The notes beneath the pieces were generated by a model. That model ran no database searches. It had not been told where the DNA came from and saw only the letters and a program-made list of their open reading frames with translations. A stretch of DNA of 27,884 bases from a virus (lineage: Duplodnaviria > Caudoviricetes): positions 1 to 27,884 of the IMG/VR virus record IMGVR_UViG_3300012878_000003; one strand, 5' to 3'. This document shows, piece after piece, positions 1 through 6,440 of the stretch. The position numbers and the translations under genes are program-made. Position 1 is the stretch's first letter. Each line of letters opens with the position of its first letter.

Positions 1-198
1 ACGTTCTGGGCCCAGCTCATGCGCCCGGTGAATCAGCAGCGTCATGGCTTCGCCGTTCTCTTCCAGGCCGGCCCATTCCATCAGTTCCAGCAGGGCCTGC
101 TTAGTACCTCGTCGAACCTTCAAGCGCATGTCTTCTTCCTGCAGCTTGGACGCCTTGGCGCGGCGCTTCTCGTCGCGAGCCTGCTGAGTCATCGCCAT
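1..198 (-). CDS. Phage early hypothetical protein (3' end truncated by window), possibly small DNA-binding protein
   Basis: Not in ORF track; ATG at 198 with AGGAGG SD; open to window edge: MAMTQQARDEKRRAKASKLQEEDMRLKVRRGTKQALLELMEWAGLEENGEAMTLLIHRAHELGPER. Confidence 0.8.
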   Translation of the reverse strand, partial: MAMTQQARDEKRRAKASKLQEEDMRLKVRRGTKQALLELMEWAGLEENGEAMTLLIHRAHELGPER

Positions 199-238
199 AC
201 GGCACCTCCTTCAATCCGCTGGGCGGTAGTTGAACTGC

Positions 239-433
239 TCACGCCGCCTTGTTCTTTTCAGGGCGCGTTTCATTTTCATGCGATAGCTCCATATCCATGT
301 CGTTCCAGCCGGCAAGGAACCAGGAACCGTGAATCGTGTGTGGGGTGAATGGGTTGGCCATCTTGCCGCCACCGTTGCGGCGGCATTCCCGGCCAAGGTA
401 GTAGACGCTGGGATGCTCGCCGCTGCTGCTCAT
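239..433 (-). CDS. Small hypothetical protein, RMF/CrpP-like motif
   Basis: 64 aa, starts 2 nt after ssb stop; pattern Y-x-x-G...G...NPF...W-x-x-GW. Confidence 0.7.
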   Translation of the reverse strand: MSSSGEHPSVYYLGRECRRNGGGKMANPFTPHTIHGSWFLAGWNDMDMELSHENETRPEKNKAA

Positions 434-435
434 GG

Positions 436-933
436 TTAAGCGCCTGCCAGGTGGTGGAGCGGGGCGAACGGTATGTCGTCGTCGAAATTGTCATGGTCTG
501 GCGGCGCAGCCTGCTGGTTCTGCGGCTGGCGCGCCGGGCGCTGTTGCCGTGGCTGCCGATCTGGAACTTGTCCAGGCTGCTGACCCTGGGGCCGGCTGCC
601 GAGCAGCTGCATCGTGCCGTTGATGTCGACGATGATTTCCGTGGTGTAGCGCTTGATGCCGTCCTTCTCCCACTCGCGGGTTTGCAGCTTGCCTTCGATG
701 TAGCACTGGGAGCCCTTGCGCAGGTACTCACCGGCGATCTCCGCGACCTTCCCGAACAGCGACACGCGGTGCCACTCGGTGCGCTCGACCTTCTGGCCCG
801 ACTGCTTGTCCGTCCACTGCTCGCTGGTGGCCAAGCTGAGGTTCGTGACCGCGTTGCCGTTTGGCAGGTAGCGCACTTCCGGGTCCTGGCCGCAGGTGCC
901 AACCAGGATGACCTTGTTTACCCCGCGGCTCAT
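436..933 (-). CDS. ssb: Single-stranded DNA-binding protein
   Basis: [12 protein letters not shown]...ERTEWHRV...[21 protein letters not shown]-fold motifs, Gln/Pro-rich linker, DDIPF tip; start ATG 933 overlaps upstream stop (ATGA). Confidence 0.97.
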   Translation of the reverse strand: MSRGVNKVILVGTCGQDPEVRYLPNGNAVTNLSLATSEQWTDKQSGQKVERTEWHRVSLFGKVAEIAGEYLRKGSQCYIEGKLQTREWEKDGIKRYTTEIIVDINGTMQLLGSRPQGQQPGQVPDRQPRQQRPARQPQNQQAAPPDHDNFDDDIPFAPLHHLAGA

Positions 934-1262
934 GACGAGAACGCTCCGGCCATGACGATCAGCACCAGTGCCCACAGCGCGGCCCAGCGGGTGCGCACGT
1001 CATCAGGCGGACTGACTTTCAACACCGGTACCGACTTCGCGTTTACCGCGCGCTCCAGGCTTTCGGCGTAGGTCACTGCGTCGAAGTAGCGGCGGCGCTG
1101 GCCGTATAGTCGGTTGTCGTCGGAGCCCACGATTGACCAGCTGTTGTTCTCGCCCGCCTGGACGAAGAAGCGGGAGTTGCTACGGAATTGGGCTGCCGCG
1201 GCTTCGGCCTGCTGCTGCACCTGGGCGTATTGCACACGGCTATTGCGGATGGCTGCGTTCAT
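930..1262 (-). CDS. Hypothetical protein with C-terminal hydrophobic (tail-anchor-like) helix
   Basis: 110 aa, AGGA SD, C-terminal [16 protein letters not shown], stop overlaps ssb start. Confidence 0.8.
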   Translation of the reverse strand: MNAAIRNSRVQYAQVQQQAEAAAAQFRSNSRFFVQAGENNSWSIVGSDDNRLYGQRRRYFDAVTYAESLERAVNAKSVPVLKVSPPDDVRTRWAALWALVLIVMAGAFSS

Positions 1263-1279
1263 GTGTTGGTCCTTGTTGG

Positions 1280-1663
1280 TCAGGCATGGAGTTCCAAGGC
1301 TTCTGCCTTGCGAACGATTCGAACTTGGGCAGTGCGGCGCTCCGGCGCGCGGCGGTCACGGCGCATCGGGTCGGTATCGTCGATCACCGCGTGCATGGTG
1401 ATTAGGGCGGCGAGGGCGATGCAGAGCGGGCTGATGATCTGTTGGCGCATTGCCTTGGTGACCGCCTCGATACGGCGGCCGGCTTCCAGCTTGAACAGCG
1501 CGGCCTCGATGCGGTTGGCCACGGTGCCCGGGCTGACCGCCATCTGGCGGGCGATTTCTTTGGTGGTGAGGCCTTGGGCCACCCACAGCAATGCTTCGAG
1601 CTCGCGGGGAGCCAGCGCCTTGCCGAGCTGGCCAATCCAGGAGCCGCAGGTAATCGTTTCCAT
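1280..1663 (-). CDS. LuxR/GerE-type HTH transcriptional regulator (no sensor domain)
   Basis: LAPRELEALLWVAQGLTTKEIARQMAVSPGTVANRIEAALFKL is a LuxR C-terminal HTH; ATG 1663 with GAGGA SD. Confidence 0.88.
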   Translation of the reverse strand: METITCGSWIGQLGKALAPRELEALLWVAQGLTTKEIARQMAVSPGTVANRIEAALFKLEAGRRIEAVTKAMRQQIISPLCIALAALITMHAVIDDTDPMRRDRRAPERRTAQVRIVRKAEALELHA

Positions 1664-1682
1664 GAAGTGTCCTCGGTGGGCT

Positions 1683-1750
1683 GCATCGGTCGTGACGCTC
1701 GCTGCCGTGAACCTCCCGGACCAGAGGAGGGCGTACGCCACGACCGATGC
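1683..1750 (-). other. Long intergenic RNA stem-loop in early-left transcript
   Basis: GCATCGGTCGTG (1683-1694) and CACGACCGATGC (1739-1750) are a perfect 12-bp inverted repeat, extendable to 15 bp with one G-U, with nested CCTC/GAGG stem. Confidence 0.75.
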
Positions 1751-1790
1751 TGCCTGGTGATGGGGAACCAGGTGGATCGGGCAGTTTTCG

Positions 1791-2096
1791 TCAGGCTGAC
1801 GTGGCGCTGGTTGTTCCGGCCGCAAGCCTCAGGGCCTTTTTCAAAGCCCGTTCGAAGCTCTCGAAGTAGTAGGTCTTTTCAGGCTTGAAGACGCTGCCGA
1901 TGATGATCATCGTGGCAGCTGGATCGTCTGGACCTCGGCCTCCAACGAAGCCGCGTGGGCGGGTGTCGGCGAGGAGAATGCCGCCCTTCGGTACCTTCTC
2001 TCCGAATCCGAGAACGGTTACGCCGGCGGCTTTGCAGGCCTCTTGCCGCTCTGGCTTGAGGGCGAGCAGGCCGTCTTTTTGCGTGTACAGATTCAT
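1791..2096 (-). CDS. Hypothetical protein, first gene of PL operon
   Basis: ATG 2096 with GGAGG SD; 101 aa MNLYTQKDGLLALKPERQEAC...; no family recognised. Confidence 0.75.
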   Translation of the reverse strand: MNLYTQKDGLLALKPERQEACKAAGVTVLGFGEKVPKGGILLADTRPRGFVGGRGPDDPAATMIIIGSVFKPEKTYYFESFERALKKALRLAAGTTSATSA

Positions 2097-2099
2097 CGA

Positions 2100-2417
2100 C
2101 TTGCCCTCCAGGGCGGTTGATTTCCTGTCTGGCCCTGTCGCCAAGGCCAGCCAGTGAAATCTGTTGTCCGCACCATGCGTATTGCCGCGGCTATCCCCAC
2201 CTGGCCGGGTCACACATTTCGTGTTCGGTGTTCTTCCCGGCTGGCTGCATGGTTTGGCGTCCTCCCTTACGGAGGCCGGCAGCTATCCAGAGGCTGCGTG
2301 GTCGACGACTTAGCTTGTCCCGACCCAGGTAATGGCCTGGGTGCGTCGAGGTGGTCACGTCTGGTTGTGTAAAGAGCGGCGGCTTGGTTGCCTTGCCGCT
2401 GCGTTATGGGCGGCGAC
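2100..2417 (-). ncRNA. Structured 5' leader of PL transcript (candidate antitermination/regulatory RNA)
   Basis: Multiple stems on minus strand: ACCCAGG/CCTGGGT, GCAGC/GCTGC, CCTCC/GGAGG, ACCATGC/GCATGGT enclosing CCGGG/CCCGG, and GATTTC..CTGGCCTTG-GCGA-CAGGGCCAG..GAAATC (GNRA loop). Confidence 0.55.
2366..2378 (-). promoter_or_regulatory. boxA-like antitermination element (nutL-like)
   Basis: Minus strand reads CGCTCTTTACACA about 40 nt after the PL start, matching lambdoid boxA CGCTCTT(T)A. Confidence 0.75.
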
Positions 2418-2423
2418 GGTTGA

Positions 2424-2452
2424 AATATAGGTTCGCCCATATTTCATGTCAA
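2424..2452 (-). promoter_or_regulatory. PL early leftward sigma70 promoter
   Basis: Minus strand TTGACA-17 nt-TATATT, overlapped by two operators. Confidence 0.85.
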
Positions 2453-2466
2453 CGGGTATTCCCATA
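2426..2466. promoter_or_regulatory. OL operators (2426-2441, 2451-2466)
   Basis: TATAGG-TTCG-CCCATA and AACGGG-TATT-CCCATA, same TATGGG-N4-CCCATA-like palindrome as the three sites between cI and cro. Confidence 0.85.
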
Positions 2467-2481
2467 ATTTTGTTGGCAGGC

Positions 2482-2509
2482 AAAAAAAAGCCCGCTCAAA
2501 TCGGCGGGC
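2482..2509 (-). terminator. Intrinsic terminator after DUF1654-like gene
   Basis: GCCCGC stem with 8-U tract on minus strand. Confidence 0.85.
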
Positions 2510-2527
2510 ATCTGGTGGAGCGATCTG

Positions 2528-2779
2528 CTAATCCTGCGGTGGGAGAGTCCAGGCAACCTGGACATGTCCACCTTCCCTGATGGATACGGTCACATTGTCA
2601 GTCTCGGATATTTCATCGAGGAGCCTATCCCAGTCAGCCTGTCGATCACTCGGCATTCGCTCTAAGAGGGCTGCCTGAGCCTTCTGAGCGCGAGGGGAGT
2701 TGATTGCCGCCTGTACGCGGAATCCAAGCAAATCAAAGGTGGTTGGTGCTGACGGAGGGATAGCTTTAGCCTTGGACAT
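2528..2779 (-). CDS. DUF1654-like small phage protein, SOS-regulated
   Basis: 83 aa from ATG 2779; LGFRVQAAINSPRAQK...WDRLLDEI.ETDNV...VQVAW resembles Pseudomonas prophage DUF1654 (recognised from memory); LexA box upstream. Confidence 0.75.
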   Translation of the reverse strand: MSKAKAIPPSAPTTFDLLGFRVQAAINSPRAQKAQAALLERMPSDRQADWDRLLDEISETDNVTVSIREGGHVQVAWTLPPQD

Positions 2780-2795
2780 AGTGCAATTCCATTCA

Positions 2796-2836
2796 CTGTA
2801 TGTGCATACAGTAATTGCAAGCTTGATCATTGTCAT
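2796..2836 (-). promoter_or_regulatory. LexA (SOS) box overlapping promoter of DUF1654-like gene
   Basis: CTGTATGTGCATACAG (2796-2811) fits CTGT-N8-ACAG; minus-strand ATGACA-17 nt-TACTGT promoter whose -10 overlaps the box. Confidence 0.85.
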
Positions 2837-2944
2837 CTGACAGAAAAACGCACAGGTTTTCAGTCCGAAATGCTCGATCTAGGGGCTTTCCATGATGTTT
2901 AGGCCAAGATATGTAAACTTTTCGTGCAGGTAGTCTCTACAGGC

Positions 2945-2970
2945 AAGAAAAAGCCCGCAGGTCGCGGGCT
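2945..2970 (-). terminator. Intrinsic terminator after cI
   Basis: AGCCCGC/GCGGGCT stem followed by U-rich tract on minus strand. Confidence 0.8.
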
Positions 2971-2990
2971 CTCGGATTGCTGTAAGTGCT

Positions 2991-3638
2991 TTAGATTCGC
3001 CCAAGAACCTTACTGGGGCCAAGGATCGCGCCGACATAATGGATAGTTTCGATCTCTGTCCATGCCACCATTCTGCGATCCCCGTAGGCAGCGTTGATAG
3101 ACATCAAGCTAACGCCCTCTTCGTTCTGGAAGAGGAGCTCCTTGACCATGCTTTGGCCATCGGTTGTCGTAACCATCACGTACTCACCAGGGACAAGGCG
3201 GTGATTTGGCTCGCACACTGCCACCCATCCGCTACGAATGGCCGGAGCCATCGAGTCGCCGCGCAGCCTAAGCGCGTAGGCATCGTCATCCTTGGAGTAC
3301 GTTTCAACCCAGCCGCCTGAGTTATCCAAGCTGATCCAGTGGCCGTCAGGCCCCAGCTGCGCAGTACCCACGATGTCGATCCTTCGAGGCGCCGAGATGA
3401 TTGGTGGGCCGGCCTCGACGTTCCCATCACTTGGGATCATCGGGCCCTCTTCTTTGGCAAGCCAGATAGGGGAGACGCCGCATGCCTTGGCAATCTGCGC
3501 CATGAAAGCAGTGGCCTTTGATTTTCCTCGCTCCAGGTCAGAGATCGAGGTCTGTGTCATGCCCGCAGCGGCGGCCAGCTGAGCTTGGTTCAGCTGAGCG
3601 TGCTTTCTGGCGAGCTTCAATCGGTCTTTGAATTCCAT
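2991..3638 (-). CDS. cI: CI-like repressor (XRE HTH + S24 peptidase domain)
   Basis: MEFKDRLKLARK..NQAQLA..AGMTQTSISDLERG HTH; C-terminal YALRLRGDSM (Ser) and MVKEL (Lys); divergent from cro. Confidence 0.93.
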   Translation of the reverse strand: MEFKDRLKLARKHAQLNQAQLAAAAGMTQTSISDLERGKSKATAFMAQIAKACGVSPIWLAKEEGPMIPSDGNVEAGPPIISAPRRIDIVGTAQLGPDGHWISLDNSGGWVETYSKDDDAYALRLRGDSMAPAIRSGWVAVCEPNHRLVPGEYVMVTTTDGQSMVKELLFQNEEGVSLMSINAAYGDRRMVAWTEIETIHYVGAILGPSKVLGRI

Positions 3639-3649
3639 CCCGCGAGTAT

Positions 3650-3713
3650 TACGGGCGCTCCCATATGGTTGCAAATCGGATTCCCCATAAACTACCATAC
3701 GGGAAAGCCCATA
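3650..3713. promoter_or_regulatory. OR operators (3650-3665, 3674-3689, 3698-3713) with divergent PR/PRM
   Basis: TACGGG-CGCT-CCCATA, AATCGG-ATTC-CCCATA, TACGGG-AAAG-CCCATA at exact 24-bp periodicity; TTGCAA (3669-3674) with TACCAT rightward and TAATAC/AATACT leftward. Confidence 0.88.
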
Positions 3714-3725
3714 TGGAGTGGTGTC

Positions 3726-3938
3726 ATGACCTCTGTTTACAAGGACCTCGTCGCCCACTTCGGGACGCAGGAGGTTACCGCCGAGCGACTCAATGTTGAC
3801 CAGAGCACAGTCTCTGGCTGGGTGCGCGGTAAGCACGGGATGTCTCCTGTGGTGGCTAAACGAGCCGAGCGACTTACGGAAGGCAAGTTCAAGAAGGAAG
3901 TTCTATGCCCTGGCTTCCCATGGGATGAAGTCGCCTGA
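3726..3938 (+). CDS. cro: Cro/YdaS-like HTH regulator
   Basis: 70 aa from ATG 3726 with GGAG SD; FGTQEVTAERLNVDQSTVSGWVRG HTH and ..LCPGFPW end. Confidence 0.9.
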   Translation: MTSVYKDLVAHFGTQEVTAERLNVDQSTVSGWVRGKHGMSPVVAKRAERLTEGKFKKEVLCPGFPWDEVA

Positions 3939-3976
3939 CGAGACGAAGTATGTGTGACCTGGCCTTGCGCCAGTAG

Positions 3977-4081
3977 ATGCCCAAAACACCTGCGAATCCA
4001 TCCAGTACCGGAATCGCGGACGAAAAAAAACCGCCTGGCAGGGCGGCTTTCTCTACAGCATTAGATCGAGATGAAGCATGA
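3977..4081 (+). CDS. Possible 34-aa mini-ORF at the cII position, coupled to O
   Basis: MPKTPANPSSTGIADEKKPPGRAAFSTALDRDEA*, stop overlaps O start (ATGA); no good SD. Confidence 0.3.
   Translation: MPKTPANPSSTGIADEKKPPGRAAFSTALDRDEA
4023..4053. terminator. Bidirectional-looking terminator (stronger on minus strand, t-oop-like)
   Basis: A8-CCGCC(T)-loop-(G)GGCGG-CTTTCTC. Confidence 0.75.
4023..4068 (-). ncRNA. OOP-like short antisense RNA (~45 nt)
   Basis: Minus-strand promoter TTGTCA(4103-4098)-17 nt-CATGCT(4080-4075) with TG extension, followed by U8 terminator; same position as lambda OOP. Confidence 0.55.
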
Positions 4082-4935
4082 CAAACATCGTCCCACTTGA
4101 CAAGTCCAGGGGGTTCACCCGGATGGACAACCAGCTCATGGATGGCCTGCTGGCTATCGATCTTCCAGCACGGGAGATGAAGATTGTGCTGTACGTGGCC
4201 AAGGCCACCATCAACTTCGGTGCGGGCGCTCAACGCATCCCGGCTACCGACATCGCGAAGGCAATCAACGCTCACCCTGACTCCGTCTCGAAGGCTGTTT
4301 CTAGCCTTCTGCGCCGCCGTGTGCTGTTCCGAGAGGGTGGTGCTCGTGGCGACATCGGCGTGAATGACCCGAAAGACTGGGTATACGTTCCTGAGCCGAA
4401 ACAGACCAAAACAGCCGATTCGGCTCAAGTGGTCCGAATCGGTGAAGAGTTGAAACAGACCAAAACCGCCGAGTCCTTTCTTTATTCTAAGAAAGAAACC
4501 CCCTATGTAAATCTTCCTTCGGAAGATGTTACATGCCCCCCCAGCGAGCCGAAGCCGACTCTGGCGAAGGAAGATCGCAAGGCGACATTCGGCAAGGTCG
4601 CCATGCTGGCGGACAACCCGCACGGCCTCGATGAATCCCTGATCGCTGACTACCTGGCGGTCCGGAAGTCGAAGGGCGCCCAGATGAGCGAACGGGTCTG
4701 GGGCCGGTTGAACGAGAAGCTCCGCCAGTGCCTGGCTTTGGGTATTCAGCCAGCCCAGGTGATGGAGATCGTAATCGACAGCGGGTGGCGCAGCTTCGAA
4801 GTTGAGTGGATCACCAAGCGCTTCCTCGCCAAATCGCCCGCCCAGGGTAAGCCAAACAGCCGTCATCACGGCTTCAACGATCGCGACTACCACGATGGCC
4901 TCATTCCACGGGAGGATGGCTCGTATGCGTTCTGA
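4078..4935 (+). CDS. Replication initiator, lambda O-like
   Basis: N-terminal GFTRMDNQLMDGLL...REMKIVLYV motif, internal iterons, upstream of helicase loader. Confidence 0.9.
   Translation: MTNIVPLDKSRGFTRMDNQLMDGLLAIDLPAREMKIVLYVAKATINFGAGAQRIPATDIAKAINAHPDSVSKAVSSLLRRRVLFREGGARGDIGVNDPKDWVYVPEPKQTKTADSAQVVRIGEELKQTKTAESFLYSKKETPYVNLPSEDVTCPPSEPKPTLAKEDRKATFGKVAMLADNPHGLDESLIADYLAVRKSKGAQMSERVWGRLNEKLRQCLALGIQPAQVMEIVIDSGWRSFEVEWITKRFLAKSPAQGKPNSRHHGFNDRDYHDGLIPREDGSYAF
4398..4500. repeat. Putative replication origin: iterons plus AT-rich tract
   Basis: GAAACAGACCAAAACAGCCGATTC (4398-4421) and GAAACAGACCAAAACCGCCGAGTC (4452-4475), inverted degenerate copy 4420-4437, then CTTTCTTTATTCTAAGAAAGAAA. 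Confidence 0.75.
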
Positions 4936-5719
4936 AAAAGTTGTCCACCTGTCGAGCATTGCCGGCCCGCAGGTCACCTCCATGGCCATGTGCGAAGAGC
5001 ATGGCCCGTATGAAGCGACTACCCACCAAGTGCTCAGCCACACCTTCCGATCGCCGTGCCCAGGCTGCAAGGCGGCGCAGGTTGCCAAAAGCCAGGCCGA
5101 AGACGTCAAGCGTCAGCGCGTCGACCTCGTCTACAAGCTGGGTGACTCGCTGATTCCAAAGCGGTTCAAGGACAAAACTTTCGACAGCTACGCGGTGAGC
5201 TGCGACGGCCAGCACAAGGCTAAAGCGCGCTGCGAGCGGTATGCCGCAGAGTTCGAAGCCAACCTAGCGTCGGGCCGCTGCTTGATCCTGGTGGGCAACC
5301 CTGGCACCGGCAAAACGCATCTGGGGGTGTCGATCGCCCAGGCAGTCATGACCAATTCCACCCATACCGCTGCCTATCGGACCCTCGGCGGTATTCTTCA
5401 AGCCATCCGCGCTACGTTCGACGGCAGCTCCGGTCAGACCGAAGGGAGCATCCTTGATGCGCTGATTCGCCCGTCGCTGTTGGTCTTGGACGAAGTTGGA
5501 GCGAGCAAGGAGGCGCCCAGTGATTTCGAGCTCAGCCGGCTGTTCTCGATCATCAACGGCCGCTACGAGCGGATGCTGCCGACCATCGTGATTTCCAACC
5601 TTGGCGCGAAAGAGCTCCCGGCAGCGATGGGCGAGCGATCGGCTGACCGGTTGCGGGAGGGCGGGGGCATCGTCCTGCCGTTCGATTGGGCATCCCACCG
5701 TGGCCGGGAGGGCATCTGA
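4925..5719 (+). CDS. DnaC/IstB-like AAA+ helicase loader
   Basis: Zn ligands CEEH..CPGC, IPKRF..TFDSY, Walker A GNPGTGKT, Walker B LLVLDEVG, IVISNL, DRLRE. Confidence 0.93.
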   Translation: MRSEKVVHLSSIAGPQVTSMAMCEEHGPYEATTHQVLSHTFRSPCPGCKAAQVAKSQAEDVKRQRVDLVYKLGDSLIPKRFKDKTFDSYAVSCDGQHKAKARCERYAAEFEANLASGRCLILVGNPGTGKTHLGVSIAQAVMTNSTHTAAYRTLGGILQAIRATFDGSSGQTEGSILDALIRPSLLVLDEVGASKEAPSDFELSRLFSIINGRYERMLPTIVISNLGAKELPAAMGERSADRLREGGGIVLPFDWASHRGREGI

Positions 5720-6015
5720 TGCGCCAGTCCAAACTGACCAAGGCTGCGCGCGGTCGGGAATGCCAGGTGCGCATCCCGGGTGTTTGCAACGGAAACCCAG
5801 AAACTACCGTACTGGCGCACTACCGCATGGCTGGCACCTGCGGCGTGGGCCGCAAGCCGAACGACCTGCAGGGCGCCTGGGCCTGCAGCGCCTGCCACGA
5901 TGCCTGCGACGGTCGCAGCCGGGCGATCGACCGCGACACTGCTCGTCAGTACCACGCCGAGGGCGTCATGCGCACCCAGGCGGCGCTGATCAGTGAAGGA
6001 GTTCTGGTTGCATGA
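5719..6015 (+). CDS. DUF1364/YbcO-like putative nuclease
   Basis: AARGRECQVRIPGVCNGNPETTVLAHYR...ACSACHD matches the YbcO-type prophage family. Confidence 0.85.
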   Translation: MRQSKLTKAARGRECQVRIPGVCNGNPETTVLAHYRMAGTCGVGRKPNDLQGAWACSACHDACDGRSRAIDRDTARQYHAEGVMRTQAALISEGVLVA

Positions 6016-6440
6016 ACGCTCCCGCCCTTCGTGCGTACAAGCCCAAGGTTTCCCGCGCCAAGCCCGTCGACAGGGAAGGGCAGGAGCAGGCCGCCCTGCT
6101 CGAGGAAATACAGCTGCGCTATCCCGAGGTGTTCGAGCTGATCTACCACGTCCCGAACGGCGGTCACCGGCACAAGGGCGTGGCGCTGAAGCTCAAGGCC
6201 CAGGGCGTGAAGGCTGGCATCCCCGATCTCGTGCTAACCATGGCCCGCGGCGGCTTTTTCGGTCTGTACATCGAATTCAAGGCGACCGTTGACCCGGCGC
6301 CTGTTTCATCCAGCCAGCAGGCGTGCATTCGCCGGCTGAACGACCAAGGCTACCTGGCCGTTGTGTGCCAGGGGCATTTCGACGCCATGGAGTGCCTGAG
6401 GGCTTACCTGGCCCTGCCAAAAACGGAGGTTGCAGCATGA
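6012..6440 (+). CDS. VRR-NUC domain nuclease (Holliday-junction resolvase-like)
   Basis: HVPNGG...GVKAGIPDL...LYIEFK...Q..L...GY PD-(D/E)xK motifs. Confidence 0.9.
   Translation: MNAPALRAYKPKVSRAKPVDREGQEQAALLEEIQLRYPEVFELIYHVPNGGHRHKGVALKLKAQGVKAGIPDLVLTMARGGFFGLYIEFKATVDPAPVSSSQQACIRRLNDQGYLAVVCQGHFDAMECLRAYLALPKTEVAA

Noticed and set aside
1683-1750. tRNA or C4 antisense RNA
   Set aside because: No cloverleaf, T-loop or CCA; does not resemble the C4 pattern as I recall it. Kept only as an unnamed hairpin.
2100-2400. RsmA/CsrA-sponge sRNA
   Set aside because: Several GGA triplets occur but few are ANGGA in hairpin loops; not clearly above background.
2873-2881. 9-nt complement (CTCGATCTA) to 4062-4070 as a target of the OOP-like RNA
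   Set aside because: A 9-mer match is plausible by chance in 28 kb, and the site lies between a terminator and the next promoter.
2991-3836. Extended N-termini in the ORF track (cI from 3836, cro from 3585, holin from 9081, HNH from 9167, recombinase from 6323)
   Set aside because: They overlap operators or neighbouring genes; downstream starts have SD sites, stop-start coupling or promoter context and match domain boundaries.
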